Below the pieces are notes generated by a model that saw nothing but the letters and a program-made list of their open reading frames with translations, had not been told where the DNA came from and did not search any database. A stretch of 63,484 nucleotides of DNA, the filler included, from Squatina squatina (lineage: Eukaryota): assembly GCA_031763465.1 (NCBI GenBank). It is 4 parts of 4 records of this genome, joined end to end, with 100 filler letters (N's around TTAATTAATTAA, not from the genome) between each part and the next. Parts side by side here need not be neighbours in the genome. Positions count along the whole stretch, not along the records: positions 15,768 to 32,506 come from JARFOE010000162.1; positions 32,607 to 51,154 come from JARFOE010000001.1; 2 more parts are not named here. One strand, written 5' to 3'. The position numbers and the translations under genes are program-made. Of this stretch, positions 24,387 to 35,948 are shown in pieces (the first letter of the stretch is position 1; each line of letters starts with the position of its first letter).

Positions 24387-25759
24387 NNNNNNNNNNNNNN
24401 NNNNNNNNNNNNNNNNNNNNNNNNNNNNNNNNNNNNNNNNNNNNNNNNNNNNNNNNNNNNNNNNNNNNNNNNNNNNNNNNNNNNNNGCTAACTTGGAACC
24501 ATCCATGCCAATACCCATGTTCTACCTGGTTGCTTTGAGTCCTGGAGTCAGTGTCCGTTTACCTGTGGCCACTGACAAGGATCAGTGACTCCTGGATCCG
24601 GCCCAGTGCTGTTGCTGCTCTGTAGGGTGGGGCTTTGCGGTAGGCTGTGGGTGGCAATTCCCAGGGATATAAATTCCTGCTCAGACTGTGCAGTACAATT
24701 CCATCCCATGGAATAGCAGCAGGAGGTGTGAGTGGAGGTGAGGGAGGGAGGGGGTGTAGGGTGTCAGTGTGAGGGAGGAAAGGGTGGAGAATGGCAGCAC
24801 TTACAAAGAGGAGGGGAACAAGGGAGCGTGGCAGGATGAGCTGAGCCAAGTACGAAAGAGCAAGATCTAACCCAACGCACATCAAAATAAATCAAACTTA
24901 CTCCTTTTTAATCCAGAATGATTTGCATAGAGAAAGGAAGTTCAACAGGAATGCTTGTTAATCTTTACTTTGATGAAATTACTGCATATATTACATTAAT
25001 TTATATCCTGGAATAAACCATTCATAACAATAGATTGTCAAGTATTGAAGCACATAGCTCATAATACTGCAGTCAACAGTTGATGATATATAGCTCATAA
25101 AGTCTTACTAGAATCCCATATTTTGTTGTGATATATGTCTCTATTTGAAGGAAGAATCAATGTGACATCCACTCGCCCAACATTGATCTGATCTCAATAA
25201 GGTAAAGAAAGTAAATTCATTGTTAGCGCTCAGCAGATTTCACATACTCATTGTCAAGGAGGGAGTTGTGTCTAACCTGAAGCCCTTTCTCCCCAGTGAA
25301 TGTAACAGANNNNNNNNNNNNNNNNNNNNNNNNNNNNNNNNNNNNNNNNNNNNNNNNNNNNNNNNNNNNNNNNNNNNNNNNNNNNNNNNNNNNNNNNNNN
25401 NNNNNNNNNAGCGATTGTTTTGTTTATAACGATGTTCTGAGGTGTCAAATTGAGAGAGAAACAAATTGGATACTAAGTACCATGGGGGTTAAGAGGTAAT
25501 TTTTTGCAGCATGTTGCCTTGGTTCCTTAGTCTTTTGTGCAATGTAATTGAATATTGAGCTGTGCATACAGGTTGAGAATGGTTAGACACTTTCGATTTC
25601 TGCCGACTGAAGTTGAACAAGTAAAGTAATCTTTACATTTGGAAGTCTCAATAACTTTTGTCCTGCAATTCTTTGGGAATGAATTGGAAAATTGAGAGAG
25701 TTGATTACAGAATTCCAGCCATTACTGAGAGAATTATAGCCTTTAGTGCTTGTATTGAG

Positions 25760-25990
25760 CACTCAGTCATGTCAGCAGCTACTACAGCTCTGAGAGCTGG
25801 GTTCAAACCCAGCCTGCAGATGGAGGTCAAACCTTCCACTCTCTCTATCCCTCTCTTCATCAAGTGCGCGGTGTCCTAAGTGAAAGCAGTTTGGCAAATC
25901 CCTGTCCAGTGCACAAAACAGCCCATAATTATCAATTAGGCTTGCTTCGTCAGAAGAAGCTACGAGGATGGCTGGTGCAGGAAGGAGAAA
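25760..25990 (+). mobile_element. LF-SINE-like element (decayed)
   Basis: B-box CTGGGTTCAAACCCAGCC, then GTCCTAAGTGAAAGCAGTTTGG...TCCAGTGCACAAAACAGCCCATAATT, similar to the LF-SINE core and to 22930-23310. Confidence 0.45.
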
Positions 25991-25994
25991 TGTT

Positions 25995-26044
25995 ATAAAA
26001 ACAGAGAATGCTGGAAATACTCAGCAGGTCAGGCAGCATCTGTG
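25995..26044 (-). mobile_element. Penelope-like element terminus
   Basis: AAAACAGAGAATGCTGGAAATACTCAGCAGGTCAGGCAGCATCTGTG matches 45535-45585. Related ends at 3795-3812, 8820-8874 and 62157-62200. Confidence 0.6.
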
Positions 26045-27834
26045 NNNNNNNNNNNNNNNNNNNNNNNNNNNNNNNNNNNNNNNNNNNNNNNNNNNNNNNN
26101 NNNNNNNNNNNNNNNNNNNNNNNNNNNNNNNNNNNNNNNNNNNNCTTAGTGATCTGAAATTGAATTCAGATTTAAATACATTAGTCCTCCATTTGCTCAG
26201 CCTCGGATTTAAATGGTTCCTTTTGATGCTTACTAAAGATCAAATTTTTTTTTCTTTCTCTGCCCAGTGATTGACATCACAATAGCCTCTTCCGCAGCTG
26301 AAATAAGGTCAGAGTAAAATTTAATCTATTTAACGCAGCCAATGCATAAACATGACTCTGCACCGAGGCCCTGCCGGCTGAATTAACTGCGATAAGAGGT
26401 TATTGGACACATTCCAGGGCTATTACCAGTATTAGGCCATTTAACTCTCTGCTGATTCCTATCAGGCCGAGGAGCAAGTGGAGCATTCAGATGCAAACCA
26501 GGGTTACCCAAGTAAAGTTGAAATTGCTACCACGGCGATTACACCATCATTTGACCTTTTTGAGTTTTCAAAATGAGACTGCTGAAGTGCACCTTCTCAG
26601 TAACATTGTCTCTGGGCGATGCTCACAGAATGTATGTGACTCGAGCAGGCTTGTTGAATTGCTTGTGAGCAGTCACGAATGATCGTTGTTTCATCAGTAA
26701 TCATATCAGAGAAATGCAATCTTTTTATGGTTGCACCACAAGCAGTCAGGGACGGTGGGATATCAGGGTGCTAGGGAACACCTCAGCAGAAGGTTTCCAC
26801 GCTGCTTTTTATCTTACGACCGCATTTATGCTGCAGGGCACCACAGCAGCAATGGAACAAATAGGCATGTGCAAGGTTTACACGTGCATCATTGTAAGTC
26901 AATGCACAACGCTTGCAAGCACGCAGTCGGTACAACTTCACATTTGCGACTTTGTCATTCTGACTAGGAGCTTTCTCGTTGGATCAGCCAGCTGTCCCAG
27001 TGCGCTATGGTCTGGGCCACANNNNNNNNNNNNNNNNNNNNNNNNNNNNNNNNNNNNNNNNNNNNNNNNNNNNNNNNNNNNNNNNNNNNNNNNNNNNNNN
27101 NNNNNNNNNNNNNNNNNNNNNNNNNNNNNNNNNNNNNNNNNNNNNNNNNNNNNNNNNNNNNNNNNNNNNNNNNNNNNNNNNNNNNNNNNNNNNNNNNNNN
27201 NNNNNNNNNNNNNNNNNNNNNNNNNNNNNNNNNNNNNNNNNNNNNNNNNNNNNNNNNNNNNNNNNNNNNNNNNNNNNNNNNNNNNNNNNNNNNNNNNNNN
27301 NNNNNNNNNNNNNNNNNNNNNNNNNNNNNNNNNNNNNNNNNNNNNNNNNNNNNNNNNNNNNNNNNNNNNNNNNNNNNNNNNNNNNNNNNNNNNNNNNNNN
27401 NNNNNNNNNNNNNNNNNNNNNNNNNNNNNNNNNNNNNNNNNNNNNNNNNNNNNNNNNNNNNNNNNNNNNNNNNNNNNNNNNNNNNNNNNNNNNNNNNNNN
27501 NNNNNNNNNNNNNNNNNNNNNNNNNNNNNNNNNNNNNNNNNNNNNNNNNNNNNNNNNNNNNNNNNNNNNNNNNNNNNNNNNNNNNNNNNNNNNNNNNNNN
27601 NNNNNNNNNNNNNGGGTTTGTATCCTACAAGTTTTCCCACATGCAACGGGTTTTCAAAACCCAAACTTGATGGAGGGATTTTTTTGGAAAAATACATGTT
27701 AGCAGCAGGGGAATTACTGGAAAAAACACACAAATTAATTGTGTTAAAATTAAAAGAAGTGATACAAGAAGTAAGGAAAGTATGCTGGAAGTTTTAATTG
27801 ATGGGTTTTTTTTCAAAGCCAAAAGGACTCCTCC

Positions 27835-28090
27835 TGATGGTCCCGTGCATAAAGGCAGCACTGGTGTGGCTCTGAGTTACCCAGATCAGCAGCTCCCAGG
27901 TTCAATGCTTTGTCCGTTAGCTGACCTCAGAGGGCCAGCAGTTGGAGTGCTACAGAGTACATTAGCAATTCTGCCGGGTCTTCCTCCTCCTCCTCACTGT
28001 CCAGTGACCCTTACTGGGAAGTGCGTGTGTGTGGACATTGGACAACGATAAGATTAGACCAGGCTAGGTTCACATGTGATGGATGCAACC
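27835..28090 (+). mobile_element. tRNA-derived SINE, second family
   Basis: CCCAGGTTCAATGC B-box-like motif, then TCCAGTGACCCTTACTGGGAAGTGCGTGTGTGTGGACATTGG; reverse complement of the 21100-21445 family. Confidence 0.55.
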
Positions 28091-28134
28091 AACACAAGTG
28101 AAATCATCAAGGGTCAGCCTCTTTGAGAGGTAAG

Positions 28135-28400
28135 GAAGGGTGTAGGCCATTTGGTCCATTAGACCTCATCTGCCATTTGATCAACAATGACAGCTCTTTA
28201 TCCTTTTAATCCAATGTCCACACATAGTCCCATATCCCTTACTCCCCTTACTTCCCAAGTAAATATATTTCTTCCCTTTCAACACCTTGAATGATTCAGT
28301 ATCTGTGGGCTTTCCCATTCTCACAACCTTTTGTGTGAAGAAAGTTTTTTTCTGGATTCACTTTTAATTGGTTTAGCTCAAATTCTCAGACTGGGTCTCA
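28135..28400 (-). mobile_element. Old CR1 3' end (antisense)
   Basis: GTAGGCCATTTGG...CCCATATCCCTT...TCACAACCTTTTGTGTGAAGAAAGTTTTTT is the antisense of the FFTQRVV motif. Confidence 0.6.
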
Positions 28401-28859
28401 TTATTGTGAGGAAAAATTGGAAATAACCTGTGCAACATTAATTTGTTGCCATTCCATTACTGATGTGTGTAAACATGGCATCAAATGAGTTCCTTAGTTG
28501 ATTGTGTTGTGCTTATAGTCAGCTCTATATTTTTATAGAGCACTACAAATCATAGTCATGCATACTGACTCCTTGTTTATCCAGTTTTACTATCCCACAG
28601 CAACCAGGGCTTTTACTTAAAACTTAGTTATCAGATCGTAAAGCTCCTATCCCAGTGCTGCAGCCTGGTGCCACACTCAAGTCATTTATAAATGCTGATT
28701 GTGGCCAGGCTTTGTGCTGGGGGTAACTGTGGATGGAGATCATTGGATAACCTGACTAATAAGATTAAACTCCCTGCTGATGCCAAGGAAGATGATCCCA
28801 GATATCTAGAATGTTAAGCTGAGTTGAATGATTAAGGAGTTGTTTTCTGTGGAAAATAA

Positions 28860-29142
28860 ATTTTGAAGGTGACCTTAATTGAATTTTTCAAGATTAAATT
28901 TGAGGTGGGGAGTGGGGGCGGGGGGAATAGGCAAAACATTGATCCAGGCAAATTGTTCTTTATGGTGAAGGGTTTAAATACCAGGAGGCACAATTTAAAG
29001 GTCAGAAAATTAGGAGCAAGAAGCCAAATCACACAGATTCAAAAAGTAATCGAGTTATAGAATAAGTTATCAGTTAGCGCCATTGAATCAGAAAGTAAAA
29101 ATGGGTTCAATAAACAACTGGATGTGTTTCTGGACAGAGGAA
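28860..29142 (+). mobile_element. Old CR1 ORF2 C-terminus
   Basis: LKVTLIEFFKI...NTRRHNLKV...KVIEL*NKL...FNKQLDVFL corresponds to the RGDLIEVFKI...TRGH.LK...FK..LD motifs. Confidence 0.65.
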
Positions 29143-29921
29143 NNNNNNNNNNNNNNNNNNNNNNNNNNNNNNNNNNNNNNNNNNNNNNNNNNNNNNNNNN
29201 NNNNNNNNNNNNNNNNNNNNNNNNNNNNNNNNNNNNNNNNNNTCCCAGCTGAAAACGTGCCATGATTGAAGTCAGCAGACCCACACCGTTTAACTGGGCC
29301 AGAAAACGCACAAGGTAGGTTTAATAGGCCCTATTGACATCATGGAGCCATCAACGGGGTCGCAATTCACCATGGCCACAGATCGCACTGGACCCGCACA
29401 GATAGGGAAAATTCCAGCATGAGTATAGTCACTGTGGTAATGTCGGAAACGTGGCAGCCAATTTGCGCACAGCAAGGTCCCACAAACAGCATTGAGATGA
29501 TGGCAATAAAACCGTTTTTCCTGGTTGTTGTTTTCTGATTGAAGAAATCTGCATTTTAGAGGCTGGAGAAGGAGTTTTACGCACAAAGGGCTGAGACAGT
29601 GTTTACTGTGACTTGCCAGTCATTAACTATAGCAGCGAAAGGATTGGTATCTGGCTCCATGCCAAGAGGCAGACAATGTTTGCGAACGACAGGTTTATTG
29701 ATTTCTGACAATCTATGTGGATGTTAAGTAAAGAAAAGCCTGTTGGGACACAGAGCCAATAGCTCCAAAAATGCTTTGAGTTCCCTGTAGGGTAGATTGT
29801 GCAGTTTGGCCTGCGCCTTGANNNNNNNNNNNNNNNNNNNNNNNNNNNNNNNNNNNNNNNNNNNNNNNNNNNNNNNNNNNNNNNNNNNNNNNNNNNNNNN
29901 NNNNNNNNNNNNNNNNNNNNN

Positions 29922-30576
29922 ACATGATGGAAGGTCGTGCTGATGAAGTGGGAGCAGTCGGGATCCAGGGTCCTCGGTGCTGACTTTCTGTTCGAAGTGA
30001 CCGTGGAGCTCAGGAACCACTGCTTGTGGGAGCAGTAGGCTCAGGGAAGGCAGAAGAGGTAGCGGTCATCCCGAGAGCTAGGGATCACGGGGGAGACATT
30101 TGCACCATGCGACCCAAAGGGGTTTATGACCTGGAGGCACTGGTCAGGAACACCCCAACCTTTTACCAACCTCACGTGCAGGCAAACATAGCAACATTCG
30201 CCACACACAAACACAACTGTGGCAGAGTGGCTGGAGTGGAGATTCGGGTCAAGAGAGACCTGATATCATGGCCACAGTGACAGTATAGTTTCCCAAAGGA
30301 GGCCGAGGCTGACCTAGAAACGGCCCTGGGATCCCTTGTAGTGCAAGGGGTGTTGAGGACAAGAGCGACCCACATTAACTCTCCACTATGGCCGGTCCAG
30401 AAGCCGGACAGCTCGTGGAGAGCCACAGTGGACTATCGTGTTCTCAACAAAAACATCCCAGCGTGTGCACCTACAGTTGCAGCCGTGACCGACCTTATAG
30501 GGAGCATTCCAGACGCCGCCACCACATTTACGGTGCTGGATATCTCCAATGGGCTCTGGTCAATCCCCCTAAAAAG
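29922..30576 (+). mobile_element. Endogenous retrovirus pro-pol fragment (protease C-terminus and RT N-terminus), class III/spuma-like
   Basis: VLGADFL (protease C-terminal G.D.L motif, about 29970-29990), a frameshift, then one frame: FATHKHNCGRVAG...WPQ*QYSFPKEAEADL...QGVL...NSPLWPVQKPDSSWRATVDYRVLNK...TVLDISNGLWSIPLK. Bounded by gaps on both sides. Confidence 0.88.
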
Positions 30577-30676
30577 NNNNNNNNNNNNNNNNNNNNNNNN
30601 NNNNNNNNNNNNNNNNNNNNNNNNNNNNNNNNNNNNNNNNNNNNNNNNNNNNNNNNNNNNNNNNNNNNNNNNNNNN

Positions 30677-30793
30677 CGGACTGCAGCGGTTCAAGAAGGC
30701 GGCTCATCACCACCTTCTCAAGGGCAACTAGGGATGGGCAATAAATGCTGGCCCTGCCAGCGACGCCCACATCCCAGGAATGGATAAAATAAA
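30677..30793 (+). mobile_element. LINE 3' end with A-rich tail
   Basis: GLQRFKKAAHHHLLKGN* followed by GGGCAATAAATGCTGGCC...CCCACATCCC...ATAAAATAAAA. Confidence 0.75.
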
Positions 30794-32550
30794 ACTGGAT
30801 AGACACACAGACAAGTGAACTGAATTGTTAATGCTTTGGCTGCTAGTTTAATAACCGAGATAGGATGAGTGTGGATTTAGTTAACAGGTTATCCATTCCA
30901 ACCAGATCAGTTTATGCAGGTTCTACTTTAAAAAGCAAAGTTTGTGCTTTTGAGATAGATTGAATTATTAATTGTAAAATCTTGTATTCTGTCAGCCCTG
31001 GTTATAGTACTCTGGTACAACAGGCCTGTGTTTGAATACTAGTCTTAAATTGCACCTGAAGTTGGTACTTAGCAAGCAGTCTTAAGTATCTAATGGTGGA
31101 ATAGTTGGATGGAGAACTTGGGTTGAGGCTCGGGCTGCAAGAGCAGTTAGGGTCACCCACAGGAGACAAAAATGCACTCGCAGAGCTATGTTGACGATGA
31201 CCTGGAGAACTCCACCATCAAATAGTCCAAGCGTCCCAAGAGAAGGATGTTATCATGGGGGCTGACAAGAGCAGTGAGGATTTATACTCAGAATGATGAA
31301 CTTGCACAAGGTTGGACTTATCCTCTTCAATTTACATCAGTGATACCAGATTATTGCAGCAATCCTGTCACTAAGTGAGCAATTAGGTCAGGCCTCTGTC
31401 GCTGGCAAAACCATCATGAGCCAAAAAAGCCTAATGAATGAAGCCTGGTGCTGCAGTTCTGGGCTAGGATCCAAGCTTGTAGATTTAATTCTGGATCCAA
31501 GTTTGACATCCTTGAGGTGAAGTTAAGCCATCAAAACTCTGCCCGTGCGGGGAAGGGATATTAAGAATAGATCGTTTGGAAAGATTACATTGCACTTGCA
31601 AGAAGACCAAGGATTATTTTTTTGTAATCGGTAGAGTGCCCGTGCAGACATGCAATGGCTTTAAACAGATGATGAATAGTCTTGTTGCTCATTAAAATAG
31701 CTGAAAACTGTGATATAGCCTCCATGTAAGAAGCCTTTTCGGAAGAAGCTGCAATGAAGAAAGGCTATGTTAATTTAATATTAAAGTCGTTTTAGTCATA
31801 CTGACAGCAATCTTTGAAAATTAATGTTCAGTGCACAGATATCCTGTGAAACATAATGAGTTTCGAACAGTCCGTATGCAAATTTCAGTGAGTTTTTCAA
31901 CAGAGCAATGAGTATTACTCCTGGTGATTCTGCCCCCAAGGCTGGTTTCCTTGTCTGTTGTAGACAGCAGAAGTGTCGGAGCTGAGGAAGGATCTGGACA
32001 CAGTTCAGTTTGCCCACTTGCCTAGCCAGGGGCTCCAATTAGTGAGGGAAGAGACAATGGAAAGGGAGCAGCACCAGCCCAAGTACTGCAGAGGAAGACA
32101 ACTCATTTTAAAAATTGGGCAGCAGCATGTCCACCTGCCTGCACATCCATACAGCTGGACAACAGTCAGCACATCTGTTTGGCATCAGGTTTCGTAAAAG
32201 TGAGGATCATCAGTTCTGACAGCTGTCTTGGATTATTTATACCTTGTGGGGCAAGTAGATTAATGATTTATAAAATTTAAATGGCACATTTTTAGTGGTG
32301 ACGTCTTTGATGTTGTGTTGAAGCTAGTTTCCTTAATGTAGCGTTAAGGTGGTTGCAGGATATCAGGCAAACCCTGTTATTCCCCTCTGATCTCCCCCCT
32401 GAAAATGCGGGCTAAAGTTTCGTGAGCAGAGCAGCACCCCCACCCCTCCCTCAGCCTAACCATGCCACAGTGGCCAATCTTCATGCACAAGCCAGGACCA
32501 TGAGTGNNNNNNNNNNNNNNNNNNNNNNNNNNNNNNNNNNNNNNNNNNNN

Positions 32551-32562
32551 TTAATTAATTAA
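32551..32562. other. Artificial scaffold linker TTAATTAATTAA
   Basis: Flanked by 44 N on each side. Confidence 0.95.
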
Positions 32563-34434
32563 NNNNNNNNNNNNNNNNNNNNNNNNNNNNNNNNNNNNNN
32601 NNNNNNTGAGAATCCATGCTTTTTATTTTGCACATGTGGATGTGGATCCAATGCATCTCCCTTTCAACATGATTCCTAAAAAAAACCTCCTAGGAATGTG
32701 AAGCTCAGATCCCTGTGAAAGTTCATCGGACACAGACACATAAAGAGAAGGAAAGCAAAAGCATGGATCTCTACCGGATACATCATCTTGCAGATATATT
32801 TTTTTGAAGGGCAAATGAATACCATTTAATCTTGCATCTGGTGAGGAAAATATTTTCAAAAAATAATGTGAAAGAAACCAACCACATACAGCTAAATCAT
32901 CATGCCAAAGACACCGTGATCTCCATGAACTTTTAACCACAATGCTCTGCTTCCCGAAATACCTGCATCTGAGTAGTGAGAGCGGACGCTAGTAGATGAC
33001 GGGATACTGTTGGTAACAGTACTGTGAAATTTTTGAGCGTGCGGATTGTGGCCTGTAATTTTATCACAATTGTTTTAAAACAATGTTTTGTACTTATGGC
33101 TGATATCAAATGAGGGGACTGTAATGCTCCACTATGAACATTATGCCCTAATACGCCTGTGATGGACTGCATTGATTTTTTTACTGGAAAAACATATTTG
33201 TATGCTAGTCAGTTATAACAGCAGTAGATTCTGTTCTGTTAAAAGAAAATCACATATCGTCATTGCTTGTTAGCTTTCTTTAAAAAAGAATAAAAACATA
33301 AAAACATAACAGGGAGCATTTTAACTTTTCACATACTTTCCAATAATGCCACTGACATAAACTTGACAGTACACAGGTCCAACTTAAATTTAGTTGTGCA
33401 GGGAGAATGTCAGAAATCCTGTATCTGTCTGTCTATCAATTAATAATCACCATAGAATTAGTTTTACAGAAGTCTGTAACTCAGTCCACAAATTGCTTCT
33501 GTAAAGAATTTNNNNNNNNNNNNNNNNNNNNNNNNNNNNNNNNNNNNNNNNNNNNNNNNNNNNNNNNNNNNNNNNNNNNNNNNNNNNNNNNNNNNNNNNN
33601 NNNNNNNNNNNGCACCATTCAGTCTTCAACTGTTCCCCGTGATAATTGCCCTGTTCCCCTGTGACACTTGTCCTCAACCAGTATGCTATATCTTCCCAAA
33701 AGGTAAGACAATGAAACTCACAACGTGATCAAAACACTAATTCAACCTTCCATCTCAGCAGTCGAGGAATATGCACCAGATAGACAGGAGATCAAGTGAA
33801 TATAATTTTTCATATTGTGCAATTCACCCCAGGAGTTTCAGCCGCATGTCATTGGTTGGGGGTTCCAGTTACATCCACTACAAAGAAATGCACTTTGACC
33901 AAAAACGTCCCATAACTCACTTACACTGGTAGTCATAACTCAGAGGTATAAAATAACAAAGTACAACCTTATGAACTCCCTACTCTTTTATGTTGGTCGG
34001 GGCCTCCTGTGGTGTGGATTCATGAGTATGCCTCTGTTTATATATTCAGGCATATTTTCTTTTTGTGTTCTATTTCCATTAAAATAATTAGTTATGAAAG
34101 GCTTGAATCACCCAATGAAGGGAAAAAATACTTTGAACTTTCTTAAGAAGGAACATAAACATGTCACCTTCCTTGAGGAAACATAACTGACTGATATGAC
34201 ATTTTCAAAGTTGTGGAGCAGATGGTTAGACCGAGGCTTTTTTCCCTGTCACTTTTCCAAATGTTTCCAAGGAATGCTAATCTCTTATTGATTATATATC
34301 AGANNNNNNNNNNCTGTTCCAAACCTTATTTATTTATTATTGAACTTTTTAAAAGATTCTTCTCTTCCTCTTCTGAAAGCAGCATCTTATATAGTGCAAG
34401 AGTTTCACAGGTAGTGATGGTCCTCCAGTAATTT

Positions 34435-34728
34435 GCCCAAGTTGTGATACTTCACGTGTGGGCTTGTTGCCATTATTCAACTGCTCGAGTCATCACAGGC
34501 CTGCTTGACCCCATTCTCATCTGGCATTTAAAGATGCCCTCTACTAGGAATGGGTGCTGGATTCTGATCACGAGTAAAAGCCATGCCTTTTTTTCCCTTC
34601 TCCAGTTCAGTGACATTGGTACCAGTTGTAAGAGCCCCATTGCTGCCCCAGCTGAAATTAGCTAGGTAAGCACAAATAAGGGATCAAACATAGGACCTTC
34701 TTGATCTGTAGAGCTCACATCATACCAC
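34435..34728 (-). mobile_element. tRNA-derived SINE, second family (antisense)
   Basis: GCTGAAATTAGCTAG...GGGATCAAACATAGGACCTTCTTGATCTGTA...CACATCATACCAC, same layout as 21100-21445. Confidence 0.55.
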
Positions 34729-35214
34729 NNNNNNNNNNNNNNNNNNNNNNNNNNNNNNNNNNNNNNNNNNNNNNNNNNNNNNNNNNNNNNNNNNNNNNNN
34801 NNNNNNNNNNNNNNNNNNNNNNNNNNNNGGAAAAGTTATTCTGGTTCTGTTGTATAAGAATGTGCTTAATTTTAGCATTCTTGAGGCCAGTGAGCACCTA
34901 CTTCTACTTATTCCATCATAAAGATTTTGCAAACTAAGTTAGTACCAGCTAATGACTACATATAATTGTACCTCTTGCTAGGCAAAATAATCTGCTAATT
35001 CGGATCAAAAAATTTGTGGAATGAATAATGTGGCAATTGAAATCATTTTGCTGGTTCAGGAAGCATCTGTGTTAGTCACACATTGCTGATGGTTCCTATA
35101 TNNNNNNNNNNTCAGGAAGCATTTTTTTTTTTTTGCTGAGTTCAATTAAGACTGATCTAATCTAAATTACTGATTATTTTCATGTAAAGTGGCCATATTT
35201 TGGCAAACTTCTGT

Positions 35215-35432
35215 TTTGACTCCATGCGTTAGAACCCTTTCCTGAATCCTCAACCTTGATCCCTCATTTCTCTCCTTTTTAAAAGTCTACTTCAACCCAT
35301 CCTCTTTAACTATGCCCTTGATCACCTTCCCGAACTCTTCCGCCCCCTTTGCTTGGCACTTGTGTTCACCTCTATGAAGCTCTTTAGGATATTTTACTGT
35401 GTTTGAGGTTCAATACAAATGTAAGTTGTTGC
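35215..35432 (+). mobile_element. L2 3' tail (decayed)
   Basis: CTCCTTTTTAAAAG...CTCTTTAACTATGCCCTTG...GAAGCTCTTTAGGATATTTTACTGTG...AAATGTAAGTTGTTG, similar to 59660-59810. Confidence 0.55.
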
Positions 35433-35511
35433 TTCCTCCAGCCAGAAGATGATTTTCAAATCATGCAGAAATGTATGTAACTAAAAATGTCCAATTCTCT
35501 TTACATTTTAG

Positions 35512-35940
35512 GTTGCATTTTCATCTCGGATTCCTGTTGCTTTTCCTACTGGTGATGCTAACTCACTCAGCAAAAATATCATGATGTATGCATGTACTGT
35601 TAAAAATGTTAAGCACCTTCCAGATAATAATCCAAATATCAATGGAGTGACCTATTGTGTAAGTAGCTCAAAAATAAATATCATCACTCCATCAGTTATG
35701 ATGATTTCAAAACACATTGATGGATCACTAAACCAGTGGGCAGTGACTTTTGCTGAAGAATCTGCCTTCACCACAGTTCTAATCGTGTCGCACAAGTTCA
35801 GATATTGTGGACATCGTTTTCATCTAAATGACTTGGCTTGTCATTCAGTGCTACCTTTGCTGTTGACCTCTTCGCATCACAATGCGCTAATGACTCCTGA
35901 AGCTGACTTTGTCGAAAAAGAAAAGCTTATGGTAGAACCT
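35512..35940 (+). CDS. DMXL1/DMXL2: Internal exon of a DmX-like protein (rabconnectin-3 alpha, DMXL1 or DMXL2); 3' boundary uncertain
   Basis: Acceptor TTCTCTTTACATTTTAG|GTT (phase 0). Reads VAFSSRIPVAFPTGDANSLSKNIMMYAC...TPSVMMISKHIDGSLNQWAVTFAEESAFTTVLIVSHKFRYCGHRFHLNDLACHSVLPLLLTSSHHNALMTPE, a hallmark DMXL segment. Candidate donor CCT|GTAAAG at 35941; otherwise the frame stops at 35976. Confidence 0.9.
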
Positions 35941-35948
35941 GTAAAGTC

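Noticed and set aside
26714-27797. Long ORFs of 231-318 aa
   Set aside because: Length is due to a run of about 590 N; the flanks are not recognisably coding.
32186-32216. Minus-strand CTGATGA...GAAAC hammerhead-like pair
   Set aside because: The intervening bases cannot form stem II and no stems I/III are evident.
31950-32225. ORF 31973-32197, with faint similarity to a Harbinger N-terminus (RFRK)
   Set aside because: Too degenerate to support as either an exon or a TE.
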